Source: Tubiluchus corallicola (Eukaryota; Animalia; Priapulida). From it: a DNA stretch of 64,000 bases. Below are positions 1-11,177 of this stretch, piece by piece. The first letter of the stretch is position 1. Every line of letters begins with the position of its first letter. The notes beneath the pieces were generated by a model. The model made no database searches. It saw only the letters and a list, made by a program, of their open reading frames with translations, and was not told where the DNA came from. Both the position numbers and the translations under genes were made by a program. The stretch spans positions 1 through 64,000 of the forward strand of contig JAQGDQ010000223.1 in NCBI GenBank assembly GCA_030141605.1, in the 5' to 3' direction.

Positions 1-815
1 TACAGAACGTTTATGGTGGGTTAATATGCAGAAATGTTAGAGAAGATAGCTGATATAGAAAAATAAACTCAAAATTGAATTTTTAACACAGTCACAAAAA
101 TACCATTTTGAACAATAAACTAAGAGCTTAATTTTTGATTCACACTAACCATTTTTGTTAAACTCTATGTTCCTATAATAATAGAATATAAACTGTTTTA
201 TTATTTTTTGTGTCTGCTGCTTAACTCACCACAAACGGTTTGACTAAACCTTCGCACGTAATGCGTAGGCTTTCTACACATTTTCTTTGTGTGTTCTTAC
301 TTCAGTCCTGTTGTGAAGCTATTGTAATTTATGCTACTGTGATTAGTGCATTTTGCGTTTTTTAGTTACTGCAGACTATGTGTTTTTCTTGCGATTGAGT
401 TCTTTCTGTGGTTTTCACTGAATATAGTAACTGTTATTCTGTATAATGTAGATTGTACAATTACAAACTGTTTACATTACAAAATTCGAAAAGTGAGTAT
501 TTAGAGATCGACAGACATAAGACAGCAACAGTAAAATTTTCATTCGATTCACACAAACGTTTCAGCCACAACCAATGGCCAACTTCAGATGTATTATATC
601 TATATAATAAGGTTTTAAAATACATCTATAAACCCAAAGGTGTGTTACATTTTATTTTAGCTCAATTTTATTGTAATGAGTGAGCCGTTTTTTATGACAA
701 ATAAAGAATTAATATATAATAAATATATATATATATATATACATAACATGAAACTGAAACCTACATCTAAACCGATGTAAAACTTCTCTGTGATGCATTA
801 AAGATTAGAACTCAC

Positions 816-841
816 CGGTATGGTTGTTGTGGGTTCTGTAG
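816..841 (-). CDS. Microexon 3 (26 nt) of a putative secreted/cell-surface Thr-rich glycoprotein
   Basis: Minus strand reads ttttcttttAG|CTACAGAACCCACAACAACCATACCG|GTGAG. Starts in phase 1, in frame with the previous microexon, giving (T)TEPTTTIP; ends in phase 0. Confidence 0.65.
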
Positions 842-1146
842 CTAAAAGAAAAATGACAAAATTATTAATATTAGTAAGTAGATCATGTTGATAATTTACT
901 GACGATAATCGCGTAATCTTTTAAAGGTTAGCTAAAACTGAATTAACACCGATTTTCAGTTCATCAGTAAACGAAATTATTCTGAGTTACTTTTGTATTA
1001 TATTATCGAAACTTTCAGATGCTAGAAGTTTCCTTACTATAATACAAATGTTACACCTAAGTTATAACATACCTTATTGCATACATTTTTAGATTGTTGG
1101 TCATACATATACACAAGATATATATATATGTATTATACAATTGTGC

Positions 1147-1195
<49 letters not shown>

Positions 1196-1896
1196 AAGAC
1201 GAAATCTATTTTTTGGAAAGCTTGTGCACAAGAAAACGGTTTCATCTGCAGTCAGTACTGGAAGTAGCTAGATTATTTTTGGCAACAAATATTGTCAACC
1301 AGTTTCAGATGTAAGCTTAGGTTCTCGCATATTCGTGGCATTTCGTGCTTATTGGTTTGCTTCTGGCGCTAAGAAATCAGATTATAAACATTATTATAAA
1401 CAGTCATTATATGAACGTCTCTTGGGCGGTTTGTCTGACTTAACCCGTTTAGACTACCCCGCAGTGACTGAGTAACATACAAAGTTGTCATTTTTGTATA
1501 TTATCCCTCGGTGATGCTGAGCAAAGTGTGTCTAGACTGTTGGGTTTTCCTGATGAAAAGAAACGAAAAGAAAGTCCTGTAAGAAAAGCTGTGATCACGT
1601 GCAAAAACTTCGGGCCTCTGATTGGACAAATCACACCGGGAAAAATTCTTAATGGAAGAACATCATTCAGGAATTATGCAATTCCATCAATGTCAAGCAA
1701 AGCTGTCATTCACGCGTGTTTAGACTGTCGGGAAAGCATGTTACCCGACAGTCCAAGTGGGTAATTACGTTGAAATTAAATTATGCGATAGACTTATTTT
1801 CATGCGTTTGCATTGTGATTATTTGGCCAGCAGAATGTGGTCAACTAAAATTATTGGCTGGTAAAGAATTGTAGATATTGTAAGGTTAGTGCATAC

Positions 1897-1929
1897 TTGT
1901 AGTATTTCCGTCTGTTGCATTCTCTGCAC
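1897..1929 (-). CDS. Microexon 2 (33 nt) of the same putative glycoprotein
   Basis: Minus strand reads tcttttttaatcttgcAG|GTGCAGAGAATGCAACAGACGGAAATACTACAA|GTATGC. Symmetric phase 1-1, encodes (G)AENATDGNTT with two N-x-T sequons. Confidence 0.7.
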
Positions 1930-2425
1930 CTGCAAGATTAAAAAAGAATTAATGTGGTCCAGCTTTCCTATTAGTTAAATTAATTTAGACATATCTTAAA
2001 TGTTTAGCGGAAATACGTTTTTCTCTGAAAGCACTAAATATGTCCATTACTGTTTCAGCTTACTTAATGAATTAACAGAATGTATTATATAGGACAAGCA
2101 AACGCTAAATGAATTCAAAACAATTTTGTTTTAGGTTTATTAATTGGCAATGCAAGCGGAATAGAAGCGGTTAAATAAGAGTCGTCAAAAGAAGGCAAAA
2201 AGGCTGCAAACACTTTGTTATGTTAAGATAATAAAACACACAGTGCCATCTGGTATCCGTGGAAAAAATTAAGCACTACAGGTTACAGCAATTCATTATG
2301 TCTATTAAGATTCGCTAATCATTATCAGGCTTGCATCAATTCTAACTAAAAGCTTTTAATTGTGAAGAATGGATTTATTTTAGCGAATTGTTTTGTTAAA
2401 AATAATTATGTAGTTCTATCTATTA

Positions 2426-2629
2426 GGTCTCGCGCAGAGAGGCAATTTTCAGTTGTACAATTAAAAATTGCAAAATCTTCAAATAACTAAGGTCTATGAG
2501 AGCGCGCAAATAATATGCAACTAAAAACTGTGTAATTAAAAACTGCAATCTGGCCTCAAACTTTTAGTTGCGCAACTGTTTTGTAATGTACATGTCAGCA
2601 ATTGAAAAATACATGTCTGCAAAAGGGCT
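2426..2629. mobile_element. Degenerate MITE-like element in intron 1 of the microexon gene
   Basis: Imperfect terminal inverted repeats (GCAGAGAGGCAATTTTCAGTTG / CAATTGAAAAATACATGTCTGC) and internal CAACTAAAAACTG-type repeats in both orientations. Confidence 0.35.
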
Positions 2630-3029
2630 TGTAAAATTATTAATAAGCTACTGGTGGCAAAATATATCCAGTTTTGCTTTTTTTATCTTAGCGATTTACT
2701 TTTCAACTATGATCCTATTTACAAATTTAAAATGAAACTAATTGGTGTTGCCAGACTATTCTATTCTATCTCTGCTATAGTTTACTCTTTTCAATTCTTT
2801 CCATTTCATTGTGTTTTAAGCTTTACCGCATTAATTAACACAGTAAAAACTAGATAGGTTGTATGTACATTGCTAGCAAAAACACATCAGAATTTTATAC
2901 TTAAAACCAGAAGTAGAGTTCAAACATTTTACACATTCTATAGTAAGGAACGGCCTAGTATAATGCAAATTTTGTTAAGGTTTGCTTGCATGAATAAAAG
3001 TAATTGTGTTTCAAGGCATTACCACTCAC

Positions 3030-3105
3030 CTATTGCTTTAATCCAGGCACTGCCTAACAAAAGCAAGATAGCCGTTGTTCGCAGCCTTTTGCGGCTGTCG
3101 TACAT
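3030..3105 (-). CDS. First coding exon (signal peptide) of the putative glycoprotein
   Basis: ATG at 3105 gives MYDSRKRLRTTAILLLLGSAWIKAI(G): basic n-region, hydrophobic core and an A-x-G/A cleavage-like end, followed by a consensus donor AG|GTGAGT in phase 1 that matches the exon at 1929. Confidence 0.7.
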
Positions 3106-4045
3106 TCTCACGATTACGTTTTTGCTCTCATTTTGACAACTCTGTTCGCACAGACCACGGCTTGTGTTAAGTAGCGCTAATCCAGTGATGCTCGAGTTTT
3201 AACAGCTACTACAATCGTCTCATGTATACGTAGGCAGAGTCATAGAGTCAATACTGCTGCTAAGTAACATGCATAAGGGATTATAGACTTGATTTCCTAA
3301 AGGCATTGAGTGCTAGCATCAGTTTTACAGCTGTAAACTAGCATTATGAAATTCAGCAGTTTGAAAGTCAATTGATGTTTCGTCAGACTGAGCTAAAAAA
3401 ATGAGAATCCGGAATTAAAAACGTGAGCAAATTACTGTTGCAAGTACATGGGGTTGGCAACCGACTAATGTTGGCATGTAGAGTATAATCTCCCTGACAT
3501 TGTTGGCATTATTTTATATCATAGCTTTATAAATTTTGTAAGCAATCGTGACAGGAAAATGAAACGCATCAAATAAAACATGCGTAGGGATGTCTTCGGT
3601 GGTAGTGACAATACATGTGTTATTTATGAGGAATACCTTTAAATGATAATTACTCTGACGCACTAGTACAATAGAAATTGCAGATACATCTATTATTTAA
3701 CAGGAAGGTACATGTAAATTACAATTTTTGTAACATGGTCGTGGTTTTTGTTGTCTACGAAGTCATTAAGCATATCGAACACAACACAACTGCATATACA
3801 TTTTGTTTCATTGTATTCACAGAGTCAAGAAGCATAAGCTGTTCGATTGAATGGACCGATTGAATAAATTTTGAATTGGACGTTCATTAATTTAGCAAAT
3901 GTGAACTCAAGTTTTTTAGACGCTGTAGAGATAGGAAACCTTTATAAAAAAGTAAAATTTCAACAATCAATATCGTACAGCTTGAGTGAATGAAACGAGT
4001 GTTGCGAGCTGTTAGGACTCAATTAAGACCTGTTAGGATCACAAA

Positions 4046-4112
4046 GAGCTGTGTGGTCTAATGGTCATGTCAGTGGATTGTAATCCAAAGGTCCTGGGGT
4101 TAAATGCAGGAG
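4046..4112 (+). mobile_element. Decayed tRNA-derived SINE head or tRNA pseudogene
   Basis: A-box-like TGGTCTAATGG, anticodon-arm-like TGGATTGTAATCCA and a degenerate B-box (GGTTAAATGC); no intact cloverleaf. Confidence 0.4.
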
Positions 4113-4414
4113 CTATCATAACTTTTCCACAATGAGTGAATGAATGTGGGCTCATTAACAGCCTGTGTTTTGTTTTGTACGATGTTTGTGTGTTTGTGTA
4201 ATACTGAAGATATTTTTAGAAAAAAAACACAAGAAGTGTAGAGAATTTTGTAGGAATTATCAAAATTTAATTTTACAAAATAGAAAAAAATTGTGTAAAT
4301 TTATCACAGTTTTTCGGAGTTTTTTTTACCAATGTCTTTCCTTAGTTTTTTTACAGTTTTTACATAACTTTGGTAATCATTGTTGCACAAAATTATTATC
4401 ATATTTTTCCGCTT

Positions 4415-4771
4415 TCATAGTTTTGCAATTTCACTTTCATGGACTACCATTGACCTTGAGATATCACTCAAGTCCTGACATCCAGCCAGTGCCATTACTG
4501 TGTCTAATTCCTCAATAAGCAAGTCTAACATTTTTGTAACGCCTGCTTCGCCAGCAAGAGCCAAACCCCACACTGCTGCTCGCCCCACGAATGCTGCTTT
4601 AGCCCCAAGGGCTATGGCTTTGAAGACATCTGTTCCTTGAGTGATGCCCGAATCTAGATATATTTCTGCACGACCATTCACAGCTGCAACAATTTCGGGA
4701 AGAACGTCAATGGTTGCGGGAACGTCGTTCAATTGACGACCTCCATGGTTAGACACCCAAATTCCTTGTAT
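4415..4771 (-). CDS. HAO1: Hydroxyacid oxidase (glycolate oxidase/HAO family), exon 3 (last)
   Basis: Acceptor tttcttTCAG|ATA. Encodes IQGIWVSNHGGRQL (catalytic His/Arg), YLDSGI..GTDVFKAIALGA and GR FMN-phosphate motifs; ends AKL* (PTS1). HAO1 versus HAO2 orthology is not resolved. Confidence 0.93.
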   Translation of the reverse strand: MQGIWVSNHGGRQLNDVPATIDVLPEIVAAVNGRAEIYLDSGITQGTDVFKAIALGAKAAFVGRAAVWGLALAGEAGVTKMLDLLIEELDTVMALAGCQDLSDISRSMVVHESEIAKL

Positions 4772-5055
4772 CTGAAAGAAACAAAATGTTTTTTATTTAA
4801 GTGCTCACTCTAATATTTCCTCGTTCCTTTAATTACAACAATGCACTGCGTGTCAAATGAATGCACGTGATTAGCGATATCTCACTGGCTTCACGGGAAA
4901 ACAGGATGATTTTTGATATCCTACCCTATTTTGAAGTATGGTAAAAAGTATACATTTCAACACCGCTCAGCTGTTCATATCGCATGTTATAATAAGTGGT
5001 CTTATAACTCGACTCAGTTCAATTACTTTATTTTTCAATATAGAAATCTACTTAC

Positions 5056-5653
5056 ACCATGTTCTACTGCCTTTACGGCATCCTCTGCAGTCATGATGCC
5101 CTTCAAAATAATCGGCAATGGTGACATTTTTTGCAAATCTTTTAAATAATCCCAGTTTAATTTAGAATCCGCTTGTATTTCATCGACGTATAAAATATTT
5201 TCTTTTTTATATGGTTTACGAAAATTTTCGGCAATGTTTCCCATGTGAATGTGAGGCGGTAGATGCAGTTCACTGCGGAGAGTGCCGCGCCGTCTGCTGA
5301 GCACTGGGAGATCTACTGTCAGAGCAAGCGCCTTGAAACCATGCTTTTCAGCGTATTCTACTAAGTTACGAGTGAAAGTATGGTCTTTATTCACGTACAG
5401 CTGAAACCACTTCAGCCCATGTGGAACTGCTGTTGCCACCTGGCGCCCACTAAAGTTACTATGAGAGCTCAATGTCATACAAACACCACGTTTGTAAGCA
5501 GCCGTTGCTAGTGCTATTTCGCCGTCGGGATGGACCAAACCTAGAATTCCCGAAGGAGAAATTCCAATGGGTACATTAACTTCTTGGCCAAGTAATGAAG
5601 TGCGCAAATTACGGCGGGAGACGTCCCGCAAAAACTTCGGTCTGATGCGCCAT
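5056..5653 (-). CDS. HAO1: Hydroxyacid oxidase, exon 2
   Basis: Acceptor atcttttAG|ATGG (phase 2) and donor GGT|GTAAGT (phase 0). Motifs WRIRPKFLRDVS, HPDGE, WFQLY, LTVD, PIILKGIMTAEDA. Confidence 0.93.
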
Positions 5654-7572
5654 CTAAAAGATAAAAAAATGGTAATTTTAGTATCAGTAATGATGCGCTA
5701 TGACATTTTCATGTGTTGTGTTTAAATGGAATGAATTCTGCAATAAAATTTCAATTCAATTCAGTTCAATTAATACAGTTATCAACAGACTGTCCAGGAA
5801 CAAATGGCTTAATATCTTCTAAAATGTTTTTTGAGCTTTACAATTTTTAAGCACTGTACTATCTTCTAGAAAGCATTCTGCTATTACTTACCAGTTCCAA
5901 GCAATTTAATTTAGTTTAGTTTAAACCTAATTTATTATATTTTATTATTATATTATATTGTATTATATTAAATTTATTATACAAATGATACATGTATCCC
6001 TCCTCCACACAACACCAATAAATTAAATGTAGAGCACTATAACAGCACAATTAGTAAATAAATTTACATAAGTAAACATTAGTGTAAACTATAGAAGAAA
6101 AAGACAAATCATTACAATTGTATATATTTATATATATATCTCAGCTTATGCAGGCCTACATTTATAAACTATAGTTTGTATATAACACTGAAACAAAAAT
6201 ATTTTTTTCGTATGAAAAAAGTAGAAACAATACATGTACACAACTATCATAAAGGATAGACCTACTTATGTTATTATTAATATGCATTTCAGCTATCACA
6301 GTGCGATTGTTTTTCTCAGTATACTAAAACTGCATTCACCTGATGAGATTTCGAATTATATCGAATGTTTGACAGTTTTTGTTGCAGTCCAATTTATTAT
6401 TACTGCTTAAGAAAAAGTGCATTAAGTCTGATGTCATGATGATCAATGTCAATATTGTGGTCCTAGTAAACGCATTTAGCCGTTGCAATGCAATTAGTCT
6501 AGCTTATTTGTATAAAGGGTAAATTTATTGATAGAATAGCAATAAATGAGTTTTTGTATGGAATATTCATGAGCATGCGCACCAGTGTCTCGCGCATCCG
6601 CAAGAATGACATTCGTCGTCTTGTCGAAAATCACCCATTTGCCTGCTGTCGCTGGATGTGAAAACCCACCCTCTCTCCACCCATTACTAAAATACGAATG
6701 TAATTTTTGTGTGAACTTTAGGTTTAGGTACTTTTAACATTGCAGTGTTTTTTTCTGTGGTGTGGAATTTTTATATATAATGTACCCCTATTGTTGAAAC
6801 TGCTTTATTAGGCTTTTGGTATAATTTTGTAGTATTGCAAATAATGCTTTATTATGTTTGTAATCATAGATGCGAGTCAATATTGTGATTAGCATAGTCA
6901 CGTATTTGGTGGGGGCGGTATTTGGGTGTGCCCCATCTTTTTTGTCTTGCTATGTTGAATGTATTGTTATTTTAATAAATGGCCTCATTTTATCAACTAA
7001 TTTCATTCTTCGCGCCTTTGCAAAAAACTAGCCGGGTTCAGACAATTTTACCTTCAGATCGGTTTTACGAGCATTAGCTTACAAAAAGGACATTTTATTA
7101 AATAGGTGGCTTCAAATGAAGTGCCACACGAGCAATTAGGCAGAACGATCACATCATTAGCACCGTTGCATCCTTTTAAAGATAGATCATAGTCTAACTG
7201 ATTACATCCTATTCTCATTCAGGTTTAGTGTACTAACGCAGAGCATTTGCGATGCGATAGGCCTATGTATTTGCATAGTTTATTAAAGTTGCGGTATGAA
7301 AGGATGCCAGCGATGTCTGTTGACGAATTTGCAGTGGTAAAAGATTCCACTGCTGCCCATGTGATATAAAGAATGACTTGTAGAATGCGCTGGTGTGGAA
7401 TCAAATTGAATGAAATTTTCTGGTAAAGGAATTCCATTGGTACACACGTGAGACAAATGACTTTTACGCACTGGATAAGGTGTCAGTTTTTTAACTTTTG
7501 AGGCAAGAAATTTAGTAAATACAATGACGCCTGCAATTTAAACTTAAATTGCTGCATTATGTATACTCCTAC

Positions 7573-7709
7573 CTTCGAAAAGCAGCTACATTTTCTTGCA
7601 CGGTAAACTCGTCGTCGCTTCCTTGTTGATAATAGTCCAGAACAACCCCACCTAATTTCGTTTTAGCTATTTTTTCAATGTCTGCAACGCACACCACATT
7701 GCTCTCCAT
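7573..7709 (-). CDS. HAO1: Hydroxyacid oxidase, exon 1
   Basis: MESNVVCVADIEKIAK..DYYQQGSDDEFTVQENVAAFR matches the family N-terminus; donor AG|GTAGGA. Exons of 137+598+357 nt join into an open 363-aa frame. Confidence 0.92.
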
Positions 7710-8400
7710 ATTGTGACTTCGTGGACCTAGAAAGTAAACAGACTTTGGCCAAAAAAAGAAAGGGCAAAGATGCACACCGTTTGCGAATTATAACGCCCTT
7801 GACCTCTTGCGAATTAGAATAAGCTTGAACACAGCTAAAATTGTGCACATTTCTGCGAGCAGATGGCGCTTAGCGTTAGTTTTCAATATATATATATATA
7901 TAACAAGGAATATTAACTTTAAGAGAAATAAAATAGCTACATTGCCATAGAAAACACGATCATTCTACTTGATCAAGAAAAAATCAACTTGGATGTTTTG
8001 GCCTTGTCTTAATTCCGTCCACAGCAGAAAAATATTCAAGCTTTAAATGCAATATTTAATGAAGCATCTGGCAATAATAAAGAATGGCTTTCACAACTCT
8101 GAAGTGCGAATGAAAAATGGACAACTTCCAGTTTTAATTCTGCTGAGGATATTTCATATTTGTTATCCACTTCAGCAATGCATAGTTTACAATGTGATTC
8201 ACATTACTCTAGAACGATTATATAATATTATACAATTAGAGAACAGAAAAAACATGCAACTAAACGACATAATTGTTCACCTAACAGAATTAGGTGCTGC
8301 ATGGTGGTTATGAAGCTATGCAATGTTGCAACGTATGTAAAGTTTTATATATATATATATATATATAACTATTGTTTTAGTGTGGCTTTTATGCTGAAAT

Positions 8401-8683
8401 AATCTAATCTAATCTAATCAAATCTAATCTGATCTGATCTGATCTGATCTGATCTGATCTGATCTGATCTGACCTGACCTGACCTCGTCTGATCTGATCT
8501 CGTCTCGTCTCGTCTCGTCTCGTCTCCTCTCCTCTCCTCTCCTCTCGTCTCGTCTCGTCTCGTCTCGTCTCGTCTCGTCTCGTCTCGTCTCGTCTCGTCC
8601 CGTCCCGTCCCGTCCAGTCCAGTCCAGTCCAGTCCAGTCCAGTCCAGCCCAATCCAATCCAATCCAATCCAATCTAATCTAAT
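8401..8683. repeat. Compound pentanucleotide microsatellite
   Basis: Successive blocks of AATCT, GATCT, GACCT, CGTCT, CCTCT, CGTCT, CGTCC, AGTCC, AATCC, AATCT. Confidence 0.95.
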
Positions 8684-10862
8684 TTCTCTCCTACTTTCGT
8701 GTTTCTCTTTCTTACTATCACTCACTACCTGTTTTACCTGTAACAATTCCATTACACTGTTGTCCTCAGTCCCAAAAATTTCTGGACACGCATTATTTTT
8801 TATTTCGAAATTGTAATTTATTTACCAGATCAATTACGCAGGTTGTGCTAAGAACTTTTCAAGCGTTTAAAAGTTTTTACCCTGAATTAAAATATAACGG
8901 ATTTTGACGTTAATCCAATGATATAGTCTGTATAGCACGTTTCTATTATAGTCCTGGCGGTCTGTTGACAGATTTAGGGTACTTAATCAACTGCTAGGTA
9001 TCATTATCTTCCAATGTCACATTGAATTATAAAGTCACACTTACTGTTTGATTAATGCACTTGTCTGAAACAACTGTTGAAAATTGCTTTAGGACTGCTC
9101 TCTTTGCGTGTGTAATCTTAGGAAAACATAGTAAAAAGATGGACTCTCAATATTTTTGGGCTGTTCAATTGGGGATTCCACGGTAATGGCACTTCTGGGA
9201 ATGTATTGTACTCAGGGCCGGATTGGACACATCATTAAAATTAAAATTAAATTAATTAAATTGAAATTAAATCAATAAAAATTAATGCTGGCAAGGGAAT
9301 GCAGTGGGCCTTTCAGGTAGGCACGTAAATGTGCCTTTATCGAGAACATATTCAAACTCTGACCTTGCATCATTAAAAGCCACCAGTCACGTGAATAGGA
9401 AGGTCTACTGTAGTTCCTTGTCAACGGCCAATGGCATTCAGCGCAGTGATTTCTTATCCAGCTCTGTTCACATTTACAGGCTTTGCCGAGTAGTTTCTAT
9501 GGTCGAGATTTTGGGTAAGCTTGTAGAGCGTTTGTAAATAAATCGATAATTCAATTTAATTATTCGATTCGATAGTTTTGCTTTAGCTCAAACACATTCA
9601 ACATAACCTCCCCCCCCCCCTTAGGGCGTGGAGTCATCCTCCCTACTTCCGTTGTGAATGGACGGCAGTCCAACATGTAGAGATTTAAAAACAGAATGTC
9701 ATTTGTAAACTAGCCATCGGGACCGAATAAGAATTTGACAAAATTGTGGGCGTTCCCGTCGTTAGTACCTAAAACATACGAAAACAATTTTTCATTACTA
9801 CGTTATTCTATACTGAATTTAGCTAAGAATTTATTCAAAGAACTTCAGCCAAAATATAACGTGGTCAAAATGCGGTGTATATTTCTCGACCCTGGGACTG
9901 CACCCTAATCTATGAGCATAAGTTAGTAACTGCATTGCTGATTACGTGCTAGCTGATATTCCTCCTATCATTACTATAACGAAAATTTATAATTATGAGT
10001 GATGGAGCATTGACGATGACAACAACGACGGCGATGATGATGTACATGATGACGATGACGGTGATGCCGATGACGATGATGATGGTGGCAGTGTAGATGG
10101 TAACAGCGGTAATACGAAGAACAACGACCGCGATATCAGTAATAAATGTACCGAGTTAAGATTTGCTATTAATGGTAGTATGTAAAAATCCGTAATGTTT
10201 TCCTACATGCTTACGCAAAGCAAATAACAGTTTCTTTTTTAGGCAAGCACTTTTCTAAATTGAGATGTGCTCTCGTTTTATGTAGAAAACCCATCTTCTC
10301 TAGAATAAACATTTAGTATTTGGGGAAAACGTTCATTTACTTTCCCGTTACCATTTTCAGCGCATAGACTGCTTTGAAATTGTTAATTCTAAAGCCTCTA
10401 GAATTTCTTCGTATGAATTCTGAATGTGGATAAATATTTAGTTTCCCCGAAGGCCTGTCCAACACGTGTAGTTGCTATTCATAAAAGTTTTAAACCTTGC
10501 TGTCAAAGTTGTCCAGACCCTAGACAGCTCCTGTCAAGAAAAGTGCTAGTTAACCGATGATATTAAAAGGTGGAGGTAATTTATGTTGAGTCTGATACTC
10601 AAGTGATTCTTTTTCCACCAGAGAAAATCAGGAGAATGGTAGTTTCTTTGTAATTATGAAAGACGTTATAGTGCAACAGTGCAACTAATGTATCTCCATC
10701 CGCATATATGCCTTTGGAGCTTGACTATATGGGTCCGTGGGGTGATAAATAGAGGCTTTCTCGACAATCACACGAAATAACACGTTTGTGCCCATTTTTC
10801 CTAATTTCTTTTCCTACACTTCCCTATCTGAAATTTATCGATAAGAAATATCCCGAGTAATA

Positions 10863-11177
10863 GGCTACAGGAGAAAAATCAGAGCCTGCATCTCATTTAT
10901 AAATCCGTAAACATAGACCTTAGATTTGGGTCAACTTATTCAACAGGAACATTTTATGAACTTTTACTTTTGTGTTTTGAGATGGGTCTGGATCCTGATT
11001 CCTGAAAGATAATTATGTTAAATTACTAAAGAATTTATCTCACGGGATCCAGACCCATCTAAAAACACAAAAGTAAAAGTTCATAAAATGTTCCTGTTGA
11101 ATAAGTTGTCCCAGATCTAAAATATATGTTTACGGATTTATAAATGAGATGTAGGCTCCCCATTTTCTCCTGTAGCC
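10863..11177. mobile_element. MITE/foldback element with ~133-bp inverted arms, flanked by TA
   Basis: Left arm GGCTACAGGAGAAAA...GATGGGTCTGGATCC (10863-10995) is the near reverse complement of GGATCCAGACCCATC...TTTTCTCCTGTAGCC (11045-11177); ~50-bp spacer; TA on both sides. Confidence 0.85.

Noticed and set aside
230-438. Candidate fourth exon of the microexon gene (GTGAG donor at 229, acceptors near 418 and 439)
   Set aside because: All three frames contain stops and the acceptors are weak; cannot be supported as coding.
3745-3811. Short minus-strand ORF MKQNVYAVVLCSICLMTS resembling a signal peptide
   Set aside because: Ends in a stop with no good donor; the exon at 3105-3030 fits the downstream phases much better.
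8404-8752. Repetitive ORFs (DWTGL/DETRR/RSDQI)
   Set aside because: Translations of a pentamer microsatellite, open in several frames.
9213-9224. CAGGGCCGGATT, a hAT-like terminus
   Set aside because: No matching opposite end or TSD found.
10010-10140. Asp-rich reading frame suggestive of an acidic biomineralisation protein
   Set aside because: No start or splice signals; best explained as a decayed (GAT/GAC)n microsatellite.
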